64,000 bases of DNA. Source: Camelus dromedarius (lineage: Eukaryota). Where the stretch lies: positions 66,032,001 to 66,096,000 of the forward strand of contig NC_087436.1 in the NCBI RefSeq assembly GCF_036321535.1. The letters run 5' to 3'. Shown piece by piece: positions 1 through 14,589 of the stretch (within the stretch, counting starts at the first letter, position 1; the number at the start of each line of letters is the position of its first letter). Position numbers and translations under genes: made by a program. The notes under the pieces were generated by a model. It saw only the letters and a list, made by a program, of their open reading frames with translations, did not search any database and was not told the DNA's origin.

Positions 1-3000
1 TTTCTGTATAATTTTTATGCAAACTTAAAAAGCTCTCTAAAATTAAATTCTATTATAATGTCTTTTGGGACTTTTTAACACACCCACATACAATTTTCTC
101 TCTGTGTCTTATTATTTTATCCTAAGATTTTGTAGCAAGTTTATGTTAAGGAAAAAATGCGCATCTCTGTTGGCTATAACTTCTAAGTCATTTTACTTTT
201 CTATTCAGGTGAACAAGACAGATTCAGAATAATGAATATTTGTGACCTCCAGTATGCAAAGTGTTGTTCTTAGCTTTAACCAGACAACCAGGGAACAGCC
301 ATTTCATAGAGGTACAAGGGGAATCAATCAGAGATGCAGTGGTCTTCTGAGAAAGTGAGACACAAACTGTTACTTGTGAACAATACATAAAACAAAATGA
401 ACACTGAAACAGCCCTAAACTTACATCAAAAACTTATGAATAAATTCTGGAAGAGTTAACACAATTTAAATGTTTAGTACAGTCATTGCTTTTCCAGACA
501 TACACTTCTTTTGAAGACTGCTTCATCTCTTTAGCATGGTAATTTGAAATAATATATTGCTCTGAATTAATTACCTTGCTTTTAACATATGTAAGGTATA
601 GTTCAGAAATTGATATGCATTAGAGATGATTCATTTTAGCATGACATCACTCAAAGAAATTATAAAAATGATACTTAATATAACTTAAAATTTTATGTTT
701 ACAGGTATAACGTAAATGTATCAATTTTTTTGCAGATGACAACAAAGATTATACACAATATGTGTATTTTTTCCTAACTTGGACAAGACAAATGTTTTCT
801 TTCGGGAATGGGAAACAGAAATTATAAAGTAATTAGCTGATCTTAATCTTATTTTCTTCCATTCTATCTGCCTATCAGCATAATGTAAATATTCACAGCT
901 GAAATATGGATTAAGTTGGTATGAAAAAATCTGTAATACATATTAGAAGTCCTTCTTAAATTCCTTATGTGTATCAAAGTCTGTCTTCACCCTTTCTTCT
1001 TTTATTCTATCTCATTTTGTTTAAATACTATTCAGAAACCATTTTCAAACAATGATAGTTAATAAATAAATTCTGAGTTTAATGCAATTTATCTATTCCC
1101 AATCCACTTACGTTCATTAAATCTAGTGGTTTCATTTTCTTTAAAAAGGAGGAAAATTTCAGAAATACGAAGTCTTGCTAGCTTTTTCATGTAAGTATAT
1201 GTTGAAACTCACTGAAAGGAATGTTGTCTAAGCCTCTACATCCTAGCCTCACATGCTTTGCAAAAAAAAAAAAATCTTTTTGGAAGAATATAGGCTGAAG
1301 TTGTGACAAAGTACTTTTAGTAAAATTATAAATTTGTCTTTAAAAATTATCTGAAAATAAGAAGAAGCCAGTAAGTTTGAGTCAATCACGTAGAGAATCA
1401 TGCTTTTGCTCAAGAAGAATAATGTATCCACTCTGAAAATTCTCACATGGAAAATATTTTTCCCATTAAAATTTATTTTAAAATTAAGCCTTTATTTTTT
1501 TAAATAATATTTGAGGAAAAACATAAATTAGTTCTATCATTATGAAATGTATTAGTTCCTTGTTTAACAAAGATCCTATCTTGACTTATATTTGCAAAGA
1601 GAAATACATATGGTGGAGATACTAGGAAAATACATTTTTAATATTTCCATCTGAAATATGGCAGAAGAAAATGACAGAATAATATACTTCTTCCCTTCCT
1701 TCAGTCATTTATATTAATTTCATTATTCTCTTCACACACGAGATAGACCAGAGTCTACATTTAGATTTCTTCCTTTTCTAAATTTTTAAAAATATCTTTT
1801 TGATTAATGTCTTCTCTATGCTTTTGTATGTACTGATTTAATTTTAGTAACCACTTGTTTTTAGAACCATTTAATTCTGGAAGGTTCTGTATAAATATGT
1901 TCATGCAACGTGGCAATGAGATTATATTTGATTTGTATTACATCTTTTAATTTTATTATATATTTACTCAGACTGCAAGATAGAATTTGCAAGACATCTG
2001 ATTCTTCACAACCATATTAGATGGGAACTGGGGTTTGATGACTTCATAGCTTACTGAAGCCTGAAAAAAAAATACCTTCAGAAATCTCAGATGAACCATT
2101 TTGTTAGATACATAGTTTGTAAAGCTGCATGCCTAAGCCAACAGTAGAAAACTTTAAATACTGCCTATCAACTTCAAATGTCAATGGAATATTATTAGAA
2201 ATAAATATCATGGGGAGCTCTAATTACCTCCTGCTGCTCTGCTGCCTGGGGGAGATGTTTTAACCATTCAGGTCATGCTGTGTGACATATTCATCAAATA
2301 TTTTCTGTGCTAATGAGAATTTATACAGTAAAGCTAACAAGAAAACAATGCTTTATCAAAAACAATAGCAAAAATAGAGCATTTACAAACACGAAGAATT
2401 GTTACCTTTGGAAAAAAATCTTTGATTTACAGCAACCATACTGACTGGTGTTATACATTTTTTAATATTCTGTCTGGAAACAAATAGATAAAGAGGAATT
2501 TATGCCACACTAAGGTCATTTTATTTGTCCTCCATCTTTTTAGAATGAGATGTTACATTTTTGCAGACTTGAAGAGAAAAATCATTTTAACTAAATGAAA
2601 ATGCACCTCTAGTGCCACAGGTTTCTTTTCCACTGCCATCATATGATTGCTTTAAATATTTAGTGTATGCAAACTGTTATTTATTCATGAACATATTTTC
2701 ACTTTCATAAAGTGAAAAACTCAAATGCACTAATTCTTTTAAATATAAGATTCTGTTTCCCTAAAAGACCAATTGCTAGAAAAACAAATAGCATTTAGAT
2801 TTTTTTGACTGCAAATTAGCTTAAGAATTTTTAAATCTCAAGGGTCTATTTTAATGTTCTTTACATTTTAACAAAAGAGAGCAAAACCAAAGTAATCATA
2901 AGTTATATTTAAAATCTTCTAGCATTATATATTTGTTAACAATATGAGAACAAATATGTTTTTTGCCACTGGAAGAACTTAATCAGTAAATTAGGGAAGC

Positions 3001-3997
3001 ACCTCATGTTTGGAACATTGTCTATAACTAAAACTTAGAGTTTTTTACCAACTGAATATTCTGCTAATTGTTTGGATTTCAGTTGGCTATTTTCTTATTG
3101 GTTCCGTGTCTACTGTTTCCTCTTATACTAGGTCCTTTGAAAACCTTTTTTTTTTTTTTAATTCCATGACTTTTCTACTGCAGAATCCACAAATTCTTTA
3201 AATTCCCATTTAAAAATGGCAATATGGAAGGTGTGTGATTTCTACTAACAAGGTTATCTTAATTATTCTCTTTTTTTCCATTTAGACTTCCTGATCCACC
3301 TCACTTGTTTACTATATGAAAATATACTATGTTTGAATAACTCTCCTGCTAGATTAAAAACAGCATATAGGCAGGATGACTTACCAAAGTTTAACAGTGT
3401 TCTAAGACACAGTAAGCATGAAAATGGATTGAGTCACTATTAAGGAATTTCAACTTTACACTAGCTTATTTGACAATCTATGGACAGCAGATCTAACTCA
3501 AATCTCCAGATCACTTTTTCAAATAAATTACAATATTATTCCTTAATGCTAAAATATTTATGTAAAATATATATATATTTGTGCTCAATTCAGCCACTTA
3601 AGACATTTCTCCATTAAACATATTAGCTTTCCAACTACTTTTGAGCCACATGGGAATTTAATCACTAACATTTACCTATCTGAAATAGATGTATACCTAG
3701 TGAATGCTCAGCTTGGAATGAATATTCTAGATTGCTTGAAGCACCAACACCATAATCTCTTCATTCAAACATGCTGGTTTCCAGGGTTCCTATTTGGGCA
3801 TATAAGTGACTCTCAGCAATAGGCAATTTATGCTAATAGGGCAGCAAAATTACTCTCATAGAGTTCAAGAGTCTTTGTGGCTCTCCTAGCCACTAGGCTG
3901 TGCTAGACAGCTTTTAGGCTGAAGACTCACTGTCTGATCAGTCTCATGAACTAGGTGTAACTTACCACATAACTCTTTGACTTTCCTTTTAATCCTC

Positions 3998-4030
<33 letters not shown>
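3998..4030. repeat. (AC)n microsatellite
   Basis: Uninterrupted AC dinucleotide run visible in the sequence. Confidence 0.95.
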
Positions 4031-4034
<4 letters not shown>

Positions 4035-4622
4035 GCCTCTGTATGCACAACTATCCTTTTGTTTTTCTTCCAATAATACTGCATTAGCCTTCCACAGTAT
4101 CAGAAAGCATATTTACCCATCCATTAAATCAGATCCCAAGTCACTAGTAACAGAAAATTATATTCTCTATTCTTTGAAGATAAGAGGACAATATTTTGGG
4201 GAAAATGTTACATGTTCCAATATAGTTATAACAAAATGGGAATAGAAATAAATAACTTTAAAAGTACCACACATAAAATGAAGTGATTACAGAAGCTTTA
4301 ATAAATGTAATGAAGGTTTAATGAATTATAGGTATTTGATTGATTTTAATACCATGACATTTTGCAAAAGATTTATATGCAATGTGTAGGCAAAGGCTAA
4401 TGTGTAAGAATTTAACTAAAACTCACAAGAAGATCAGTATGTAATCTTTGAAGACTTTGGGATAAATAAAAAATGGATCGATTTTGTATGTATAAACGAG
4501 TATATACAAAATGTTTCTGCAAAGAGTACACATTGGACATGAAAAGCAGTTACCTTCAGGGAAAATCACTGGTGACCTTTAGGGTAAGGGGACTCAAAAA
4601 TTTTACTGCTTAATTTTCTACG

Positions 4623-5064
4623 TGTGGTAGGTTGAATAGTGCCCCCCCGAAGATGTGTTCCCTGGAAGCTATGAGTGTGACCTTATTTGAGAAAAAAAAA
4701 AAAAAGTATCTGCAACTGTAGTCAAGTTAAAGATCTCAAGATGAGATCATCATGAATTAAGATGGACCCTAAATACAAGGAAAAGTGAAGTATCCTTACA
4801 AGACCCAGAGGGAGAAAAACATGTGAAGATGGAGGCAGAGGTTAGGGTAATGCATCCATAAACCAAGGGCTGCCAAGGATTGCTGACAGCCATCAGAAGC
4901 CAGGAGAGAGGCATGGAATGGTTTATTCTCCCTCAGAGCCTCAAAAAGTAACACTTTGATCACAGACTTCTGGCTACTAGAAATTTGAGAGAACAAATTT
5001 CTGTTGTGTTTAAGCCACCAGGTTCATGGTGATCTATTACAGCAACCTTAGAAATATTAATACA
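4623..5064 (+). mobile_element. MaLR solo LTR (MLT1B/MLT1C-like)
   Basis: Starts tgtggtaggttgaatagtgcccccc and ends ...aatattaataca. Internal MLT1 motifs include gtgaagatggaggcagag and gccatcagaagccaggagagaggcatggaa. Near-matching 5-bp TSD ctacg/ctacc. Confidence 0.85.
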
Positions 5065-5511
5065 CTACCTTTAATTCCTGTTGAGCAATTTTAACTCATA
5101 GACATGTAAGACTTTTATTTTCAGTTTTATATATTTAGCTATTTTTACTTTTTAATCTGTATTGAACAAATAAAATCTAAAACAGGACAATTAAAATGTA
5201 TGAGGAATGGACCACCAGGTGGGCTTGAAATTTAATTTTTAATCCTTTAATTATACTTATTAATGCTTCTGGTAGTAGTATTTGTATATTTTTCTCTTAT
5301 TAAAAGAAAAATTTGCTTATTCATATCCTGTTATATATTTTTACCAAGTGAAAATAAAACTTATTGAGTCTGGCAGAGGCAATTAAAGTTTACTTGGAAA
5401 ACTAACTAAAAAACTTTTTCCATGTTAATGTACATTTCTTGAGTACGGTCATTTGGGAAAACAAAGCCACATAACTAGACTATTTTTTAATGCTCGTTTC
5501 TCTAAAAAGTT

Positions 5512-5985
5512 CTGTAGTATAGTGTTAAGAGGAAAAAAGTAGACTCCCTGGGATCAATGACCAGTTCAGCTTTTTGTTAACTGGGTGAACTAGAATAAGT
5601 CACTTGAGTAAAATTTTCTCATCTAAAGTTAGAAATGATAAAATGATGTATGCCATATAGTTTTTTATGAGAATCAAAAGAATACATAGACATATATATG
5701 CATACACTCCTATGTATCTATACAGTCGTCCCTTGGTATCCCTGAGGTATTTGTTCTAGGACCTGCTGCAGATACAAAAATCCATGGACGCTCAAGTTCC
5801 CCAGATGCTCTCCATATCCATAGTTTCACATCCTCAAATCATGTAGTACATACACAATTTCACTGAGAAAAGTCGGTATATAAGTGGGCCCACACAATTC
5901 AAGCCCAAGGTGTTCAAGGGTCAATGGTATATATATTAGACAACTTCCTGGTATCTGGTCAGCACTATGGATTTGTTTAATAAAT
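5512..5985 (+). mobile_element. MIR SINE interrupted by a MER8-like DNA transposon
   Basis: MIR core (ctgggtgaactagaataagtcactt...ttttctcatctaaa) at 5512-5700. A MIR-like tail resumes after 5930. Confidence 0.6.
5723..5927 (+). mobile_element. MER8-like non-autonomous Tc1/mariner (Tigger) element
   Basis: Termini cagtcgtcccttggtatcc ... tgttcaagggtcaatgg form imperfect TIRs with TA on both sides. The taagtgggcccacacaattcaagccc motif resembles the recalled MER8 consensus. Confidence 0.8.
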
Positions 5986-6324
5986 ACATTTTTCTAATTT
6001 ATGAAAGAATTTTTTACACAAATATCTTTGTGAAATTCTAATGTACACAACCTAAAATTTATTAATGGAATGGGATTAAAATTATACAGATCACTCTGTA
6101 TAGAACATTTGTGGTGAGATAACACACAGAAAAGTTTAAGTTTTAGAATTTAATTTCCTTATTCCCCAAACACAAACCATTATTTTAAGAACTTTTATAT
6201 TTTCCCTAATTAATCTTTTCTCTCTATAAACAGCACATGCACTTACAAATTCATCTCATCTCATTTTGGATAAAAATACTATTCATCCTGGCAGCCAGAA
6301 TACTAAATTAACCCTTATTAATTA

Positions 6325-6580
6325 TCTGCATAGCATATTGTTTAAGAATACTGACTCTGGATTAAACAAGATCCTGGATCTTTTGCCACAATTCTTTTTG
6401 TTGACTGTATTTTTGTCAAGTTACATACTCTTCGGAGGTTCAGTTTCTTCCATTGTGAAATGAGGAAATACAGTTCCATACCAATGAGTGTGGTTATATG
6501 GATTCAGTGAGATGACATATAAGTCAAAATACCTAGAATTTACTAAAGCCACAATAAATGCTACATGGATTTTATTTATT
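6325..6580 (+). mobile_element. MIR SINE
   Basis: gcatagcatattgtttaagaatactgactctgg...tcagtttcttccattgtgaaatgagg...ataaatgcta matches the MIR layout. Confidence 0.7.
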
Positions 6581-8857
6581 AGTAGGTTCCAAAGCAGTCA
6601 ACTTTAGAACATAGGCTGAGAGGGACACAGTTTTAAGTCAACTGGAGATGGCATGATTCCAAAGGAGGTAAACATAGAAAACAAATTCTACAAAAAACTT
6701 ATCATTTTGTGCCATAAATTCTAAATATATGTATGTACATAATGAGTTTAAAAATCTCTTTGAAATATTTGGGTTAAATTCATCCTCTATGTGAATAATT
6801 CATGGTAGTAAATATGTATAAAGAGTCCCTAATTTATACCAAAATGATATTCATATTTACTTTTTAAATATGCAAAGTGTTACTCCAAGTTTGGATACTT
6901 AGTTTGGGTTTTTTCCCCATGTCTTCTTTCTTTGGAAATATTTCTTCTCCAGTTTATAAAGTGGATTCGAAAGAAGGCAATTTTTCCACTATTTTTAAAA
7001 AATCTAAAATGCTATTCACTGCTTAAATGAAGAGAATATGAAGTTATATATACTCTAAAATGAAGTTTAAATAACTGCATAGTATTTTCATTATTACTTG
7101 AAAGTGTAACTGAGAACAAATAAAAAAAAGCAGTGACTATTTTTAAATTAAAGCTTAATGTTTTCTTTTATTAACTGATATTTGAATTAGTGGATATTCT
7201 TTATTTAGTTAATTAAAAAATATGTACCAATTGTGTTTATGTTCTACAATCGAGAAAAGTAAACAATAAAAGTCCAGTTCACCAGCCATTTAAATTTTTT
7301 TAATCGAGTATTCTCATGAGTATATCATGTCTCTGATCAAAGTAGCGATGAAATGAGACAGACTTAGTTTACAAAGCAACACTGTAAGTCTGTCTATACA
7401 CATATATATTCATGATGTATGTATATGTATACATGTTATACCTAAGTTTCTGTTTTTTTAATAAGAATTTAGAATGAACAAGCAAAAATGAGTCAACAAG
7501 CAGTAAGTGACCATAACATTATATGGTTTTGATTCTCTTAATAAGAAAATACATTCAACATTCATAGAGGCCAACTTTTGAAGGTGAGTATACTGGAAAG
7601 TCTCTATTTTATGCATGACATCACTTTTTAAAGACAATCACAAACCAACTTAATACCTAATCTATTGCTTTTCCTATTGTGATTTTTACATACTCTGAAT
7701 GGGAAATGATTTTTTTATCTATACACAGACTACTTAATTATTAAACCAGCTTTTTTTTCAGTTAATTAGATGGAAACACAAATGTGAATAAATGTATAAA
7801 ACATGACAGAATGGAGCGTATCTATCTACAAGTACATGGAGATACACACATGTGCATACACACATACAGATACATATTTACCTGCATACAGACGTATAGA
7901 TTTACATATGCACATAAGCATATAAATAAACACACACACAGATTCTCATAGATATGTAATTATATCTATTTGTATGCTCTCTATATGCAGAGAAATGCAT
8001 GATCATATATAATGAACATTAATATTTTATCATATATTCAAATCACACACTTAACAATAGGTAGCTAGCCACTCCCAAATTGAGGACACTTTATAAGAAG
8101 GGGATTCTAGTTCTTTTTAACTTTTCTTTTAGTGAATAGCACTGAAGCTCTGTTGCTTCATCTGTATAAATTGGAAATTTAAAACAACATGTAACTCATT
8201 GAGTGTGAAAATTAAGTACAATAATGCATGATGTAAGCCTTTAAATGAATAATATTACTATATGTTAACTAACATAATAATCATGACTGTAATTGTTAGT
8301 ATACTCTAAACTAAGAAGAATATACTATCTCATGAAACATTGGTTCCCAATGCCTATAAACAATTTTTTATTCTGTTAATCATATTGATAACTCTTTTTG
8401 CACATATTTGACACAATCCAAAATTTTAGAGCAAAAGCATCAGTGGCAGCAAATTCCTTTATTAATTTTGAAGATAAATATTTCAGAAAATCACTATTAA
8501 AATAAATCAAAGTCCCTCAGTAATTTCTATGGGACATTGTAAATAACATTGTTTTCTTTTTCAAACACATATATTTGAGTTTATAATATAAGAAACACAC
8601 ATGCATGAGTGCTCTTTTTCAAAGTTTAATAATTATTTTCCTAGTGTGATGAAATATTATAATTATTATTGAATAGCTCAAAATATGTCTATAATAATCT
8701 ACAGGTAATAAAATATACATGTATACACATATTTATGCCATGTCTACAGCCTAAAACTAAAAAGTAAATTACTACATTCTAAACAAATTTATTTATTTAG
8801 AAACAAAAGTGTATTCAGGAAATTCATATTTAAAATAAAATCTTCATTATTTTACCC

Positions 8858-9157
8858 ATGTAGGATCTCTCATAACATAATTTCTAACCTATTTTATGCT
8901 GAAGGAGGTGCCTTAAATGGCAAATGACCCTGGGATCCACTGTTTTCCCCATAGGGCACATTATCCAGAAGTACCTGACCTGACAGAACACTGGAATGGC
9001 CCACAAAAGGCTCAGCTTTAACCCCTACAGGTCCAGGTGCAATTTTCTAAGATGCACCATATACAGTGAAGCAAAGAATGACATACTATGTGGAGGCAGG
9101 ACTGACCCTCTCACCATAATTTCCAGTGTCCCACTTGCAAAGTTGTTTTTCATTCCC
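8858..9157 (+). pseudogene. ERV-L/MaLR-internal integrase core remnant
   Basis: From 8887 the frame reads TYFMLKEVP*MANDPGIHCFPHRAHYPEVPDLTEHWNGPQKAQL, similar to ERV-L IN THFTAKEVQQWAHDHGIHWSYHVPHHPEAAGLIE.WNGLLK.QL. Downstream LTIISSVPLAKLFFIP is similar to ERV-L LTITPSDPLAKFLLP. Confidence 0.75.
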
Positions 9158-9159
9158 AC

Positions 9160-9600
9160 GGGTGGCTATATAAATTAGAATGGTGTTCACTAAGCATTAG
9201 CTTTCTCCACACCTGCCACCCACCCACACAAACTCCAGGAAAGAGTGTAATTTTCTGGTCTATTGATGCTGGACTTTGCAATGTAATGTGCTTGGCTCTT
9301 TGGAGCATATCTACCCAGACTTTGACTTTGGGCTCAGACAACTGACTAGCTTTAGGCAGTGGTATGCTAGCAGAGATGACATAACCAAAGGCTTGATATG
9401 TGCTAGCACAGTTGGCCTTGCTTTTCTGTTTCTGCCATTATCATGAGAAGAATATGCCCAGGTAGACTACTAATCCCAGGATAACAAGAGACACATGGAG
9501 CAGAATGAATCCAGCCAACCAGCAGATCCTTAGCCTAAAGCACAGCTTTCCCAATAGATCTGTGGGCATGATAATAAATATTTATTGTTGGAGATTTAAA
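9160..9600 (+). mobile_element. Old MaLR LTR (MLT1G/H/J-like)
   Basis: Contains tttgactttgggctcag..gactagcttt, ggcttgatatgtgct and ctgccattatcatgagaagaatatgccc, with aataaatatttattgtt near the end. Confidence 0.65.
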
Positions 9601-11619
9601 ATAAATAAATAAAATAACCTCATCAGGTTATTAGGTTGTCTATAGCCTCTATCTTAGTTGATGTGAGATCAATTTAGTTTCAAAAATTGAAAAAAAAAAA
9701 GGAAATTTCTGGAGAACAAAGCTATTTCTTGTTATTTTTCTACTTTATTTTCCACTATACTCTTGGGAATATTAGGTACTTGAAAAACTGTATAATTATA
9801 GATTTCCTATCTTTAGCAAAAATATGTGAGAACCCAGCTAAACATATTAGAACTAAACGTAAAAGGAGACATTATGGTGACTTTTTTTCCCTTGATTTTA
9901 AAGTATATTCATTGTTGCTGTAAAACACCAGTAGACTTTAAAAGTGCTACAACAGCTGAACCCTCAAAATGCCAAATATTCATATTCATGAAAGTACTAA
10001 AGAATTCATGAGTGGCTAACAACCTACTATGAAGTTTATTTTTTGTGTCTTTCTTTTTTGTTTTTCTCCTAGGAAGAAAACAAATAATCAATTTAATTAT
10101 GTGTGCCTGTAGTTCTTCTTTTGTTATCCAGAGGAAGAACATTATTATTTGTGACTTATTCAACCTACTACAAAGTATGCAAGTGAATTTCAGACTTTAT
10201 TTTGTAATATGAAGTAGTGAAGATTTAAGCTGTCAGGGCTCATGACAGATATTTAAAACTTTTTTTGCTAGTTCTAATTCTGTTCTAAACATATTCAGAA
10301 AGCTGACATTTCTGAACAGATTATTTCTTGATTCTGACTGGCAAGAATATTTACTAGAATAATTTATTCTTTATTGAATAAAAAATGTAGGCTAAAATTG
10401 AAATGACTAGAAAAAGTAAATTCTGCAATTAATGTGGCATACTTTCATTTATACACCAAAATTTTTAAAATGCTACTTACCAAATATAATTTGCCCAAAC
10501 CTAATTCTGATGTTAATAATTTATAACATCAGTCAATCAGCCTTTCTCCCTACTTCCAAGGAATTGACCTATCATTAAACCTAATATAATATTATTTCAT
10601 GTAGAGTAAACATCAATATCTTTTCCTTCTGTTTCACCTACATGGAAAAAAAAATAACAACTTTGCACACACTGTCATTTGGCCAATAAGCTGAATTTAA
10701 ATTATATGGTGATTAGGAAACTAAATTCTACAAGGAATGTTTTGTTACAATATCTGCAGAAGTGTCTTCTTATATTAAAATTCTTAAGAGGTGAAATTCT
10801 CAGAAATAAAATTAAAAATCCAATGATTTTTAACTCAATTAATACAGCAAATATTTGTTAAAAGTCATGGACTAATTATTTGAAGTCATGGACTAATTAT
10901 TTACCCCAAGTATTTTATTTTGAATTGCATAAAAAGCATTATATATAGTATGATATACAGTATGATAATTATATATATACATAATTATGTAAAGTATGTA
11001 ACAAGCAATATTAAAATAATGAAATAAAATACAATAATAAAATCTTTGCTTTTAAAAGTTTTAATATTAAAATATTTTATCTAAGTTCACTTTTTTATCT
11101 ATCTGTAAACATAAATTTTCATGTTTATATTTACTTGTATATCTGAAACAAGAGTGGTCTAATTCAGTACCTTTGAATAATGGCAATGATTCAATGCCAT
11201 TTCATATGTTTGCCAAATCGGTTGTTTCTGGCTCTGAAGGAATTAAGAAACAGTACAAATTCTTAAAAAAAGTTTTCTTATTCTGAAAAAATTTATAATC
11301 ACCTGTTCTGTGAAAATACGTCAGAGAATTAATACTAGTGCAAGAATATACAGAATAATAAAGGCAGATGAAGAAAAAAATTGGGACAATAAACTTCTAA
11401 AAATAGCAAGTATAACAGGCATCTAATATGTACGTTGAGCACTTATAAAAGAAATAGTGATTATTCTTGAATACGATACTAACCAATAGATCAAAGTCGG
11501 GGGTAGAGCTTTGTGGAGAGGAGAACACAGTAACATCTAAGATAGCATTTTGAGGGAGACCTCTAAAGTACACTCAAGTCAAATCAACACTTCTCCAGAA
11601 AGGCAGCTCCGTAAAAGCA

Positions 11620-11715
11620 AACATTTTACTGGGTTGTTCGCAATCACATTCCCAGTACCTAAAACCCTAGTTAGCATATGGTTAGCACTTGATAAATATC
11701 AAATTAATGGATGGA
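11620..11715 (+). mobile_element. L2 3' end fragment
   Basis: ttgttcgcaatcacattcccagtacctaaaaccct...ataaatatcaaattaatggatggataaatgaa resembles the L2 terminus. Confidence 0.6.
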
Positions 11716-13699
11716 TAAATGAACTACTTGAATAGAAGCTATTTATAAATTAGACATAGAGGTGAAAATAAAAATTTCAAAAGGCAGGAGTGGTGTCATA
11801 AATGTGTATCATTAAAGGAATAAATGGTATAAAATTGTATAAGTCAAAATGATATATTTAAAGTGCACAAATCCAAAGGAATCTCTAGCATTCCTTGGAG
11901 AAACAACTGATTCCAGGTCTAGTAGAAAAGATACAAGCTGTGCCTGGGATATTGTACAAAAAACAATGCAAATGAAATAATAAATTGATCATTTTAGTGG
12001 TATCAAAAAACATCAGGGGTCAAATTAAAGACACTGGTAGGATGCGAGTGTAAAGTTACCAGTGGCCATCATGTCCAGCAATTAGTAAGAATCTGTCTCA
12101 GAGATGAAGAGATGGATTGGGATTAGAAGACTCTTGAATATTTGGATTCAGCCATACCTAAATACCTCTGTAAAGTCTTTCATTATTTTTTTTTAGTTGT
12201 TTTAAGTTAGAACTCTCTCATTTTCAACCTAGAATATATTATCCAAAGTAGGGCCAATAATGCCTGAACACAGAATCCATTGATAATTAAATTATTTTAA
12301 ATAGTTCTTATAAATCAACTAGTATCCATACTACATGTACAAGGAGTTAGACAAATAGTCCCTATTGAATCAGACACAGGGCAGTGGAAAAAAAATTAAG
12401 CTAAAACAGAGGATCAGGCACACAATGACTAGCTTAATGGATTGATAAGACTATTGCCAGTGAATGCATTAGCTACCTTAGGGTACAAGATCAAGAAGGA
12501 TGGTTAGGAATACATTTAGTGCAATTTATATACAAATACCTTAGATATATTAAACTTGAAAATACTGAGCAAGTAAAGACTAAAAAGAAGAGTCCTGAAA
12601 CACATGAAAGAAATAAGGCAGAAAAATTAAAACAATAAGTAAAAACTAGAAAGAAGACATGTAACTAAAATAAATACAATTATTAACCAAACTAACAAAA
12701 ACTTCTCCCCAATTCTGTGGTGAGGAGGTGAGGGTTTAATATCAGAATCATAATTTAATGTATTTTAATTTCTCTGTAGTTTGAGGGTATATTAGAGTTA
12801 AATATAAAAAACAATGTATGCCATTGGTTTTATTGGGCATAGTCACTTTTTGGCTCTTCGCCTTTTTGATATCCAGTTTAAAAACAAAACTAAAAGAACT
12901 TCCAGCTAATTATATACATCAAAATTTCTGGATTTTCAGTGTTTTTATTTTTTTTTTCATAAAAAGTCAGAATTATGGTGCTATAATGAGGTAAACCCAT
13001 GCAAACATCACATATTAAGGGATGGTACCTCAGTTATGCTATGAAGTATAGTAAATACAGAGTCTACTCCCAATTATACTAGAAGGCAAGGAATGATTTA
13101 TTTGAATTAAGGAACATGTCAAAAGATAACTAATTTTATTCAGGTTCTCTGTGAATATTTGTTTGTTTTATTCCAATGGTATTCAATATTTGCTCAGAAA
13201 AAAAGGAAAATAAATGTCCCTAAAAGAAATGTTGAAAGCATAAAGATGTCAACAGAAATGCATTTCTACTCCAAAAAAAAGTATTTGTATTTTACTTAGT
13301 TTTATATTTATGGAAATTCTCATTTCCATTTGTAGAGATAAGCAAACCTAAATTTCATTCAATTTTTTACATTTCCCACCTATTTTAATCAAAAGCTAAA
13401 GTGTTTTCATTGTTCCTTCAAAGCTGCTCAAAGTTACCATACCAAGTTTTTAAACTTACTTTCTAATAGCCCCATTTTAATTGATTATTGTAGTACCTCT
13501 CTCTACTAATTTGCAAGAAGATGAACATTTCTCCCTATGTAGCTATTGTCTAATTTTTTAAAAACCATTCAGACTGAATACTTAGCATTTCTTTAAAAAT
13601 TTAAAAATAGATTCTCAGGTTGTAATTAAATCAGTAAACTAATTAGTTAACATATAAAGATAAATGACACAGGAGACATTCTCTTAAGTGTTCTTATCT

Positions 13700-14340
13700 T
13701 TCTTTTACTCGTTTGACAAACATCTATAAAAATCGATTATGTGCCCAGCTATTTACTGTTCTACGTTTCATGTATACAATTGTGAGAGCAACAGATATAA
13801 TCTCTTCCCTCATAACATGGGGTGGAAAAGGAGGCAAAGTTCTGAAAAATAAATAAATGACAAATGTGCAAAAAACCACTAGATGGAGAATGCAGGTAGA
13901 AGAAAGTTACTGAAAGCTGTTGCAGAGAATAATGGGAAGGGGGCTTTATTCAAAGTTTTCATAGAGGCTTAATCGAGAAAATGAAGCTTCTAGGATTATT
14001 TAGAACCACATAAGTGCACTCCATCAGGAATAAATAGCCTGTCTAAAGGCCTTAGGACTGGAAAGGGCTTGGTATATTTTTTGGATGAGAAAAAGGTCAG
14101 GGTGACACTGGCTGTTAGAGAACAAGTGGTCTCTAGTTGACCTTATTGACAGCCCCAGACCAAAGAGAGCTCTTTGTGCCAGAGTAGGGAGAACAGATTT
14201 TATTCTGAATGGAAAACCCCTGAACATGAAGCAAGTGGCTGGCTTAGGGTAGGGAAGTGTTTGCTCATGGTGCTGTGGCATAATGTGATTCACACTGTAA
14301 AAATATCACTTGGTTATTGATGGAGAGGATACTGGAGTTT
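13700..14340 (-). mobile_element. L2 fragment (3' part)
   Basis: Degenerate L2 terminus (tcgtttgacaaacatctat...tatgtgcccag) followed by L2-like body (gattttattctgaatggaaaacccctgaa, aaaaatatcacttgg). Confidence 0.6.
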
Positions 14341-14589
14341 AGAATCCCAGTGATTATTCCGTGTGTATTTTATTTATAAAAAACAAATATAGGAACTTCT
14401 TAAAAAATTAAGGTGACCCTTTCTCGATATAAATATAATTACATAGATATACTTCTTTCAAGTGGCATTAGATTAATATTCTGCTATTCAAGTATTCCAT
14501 TTCCCGACAACGCATAGTGAACTACAGATAAAAACACAACCTTTAAAAAAAGCCTTCTAATCTCTCCTATTTATGTATTTAGTATTTTG

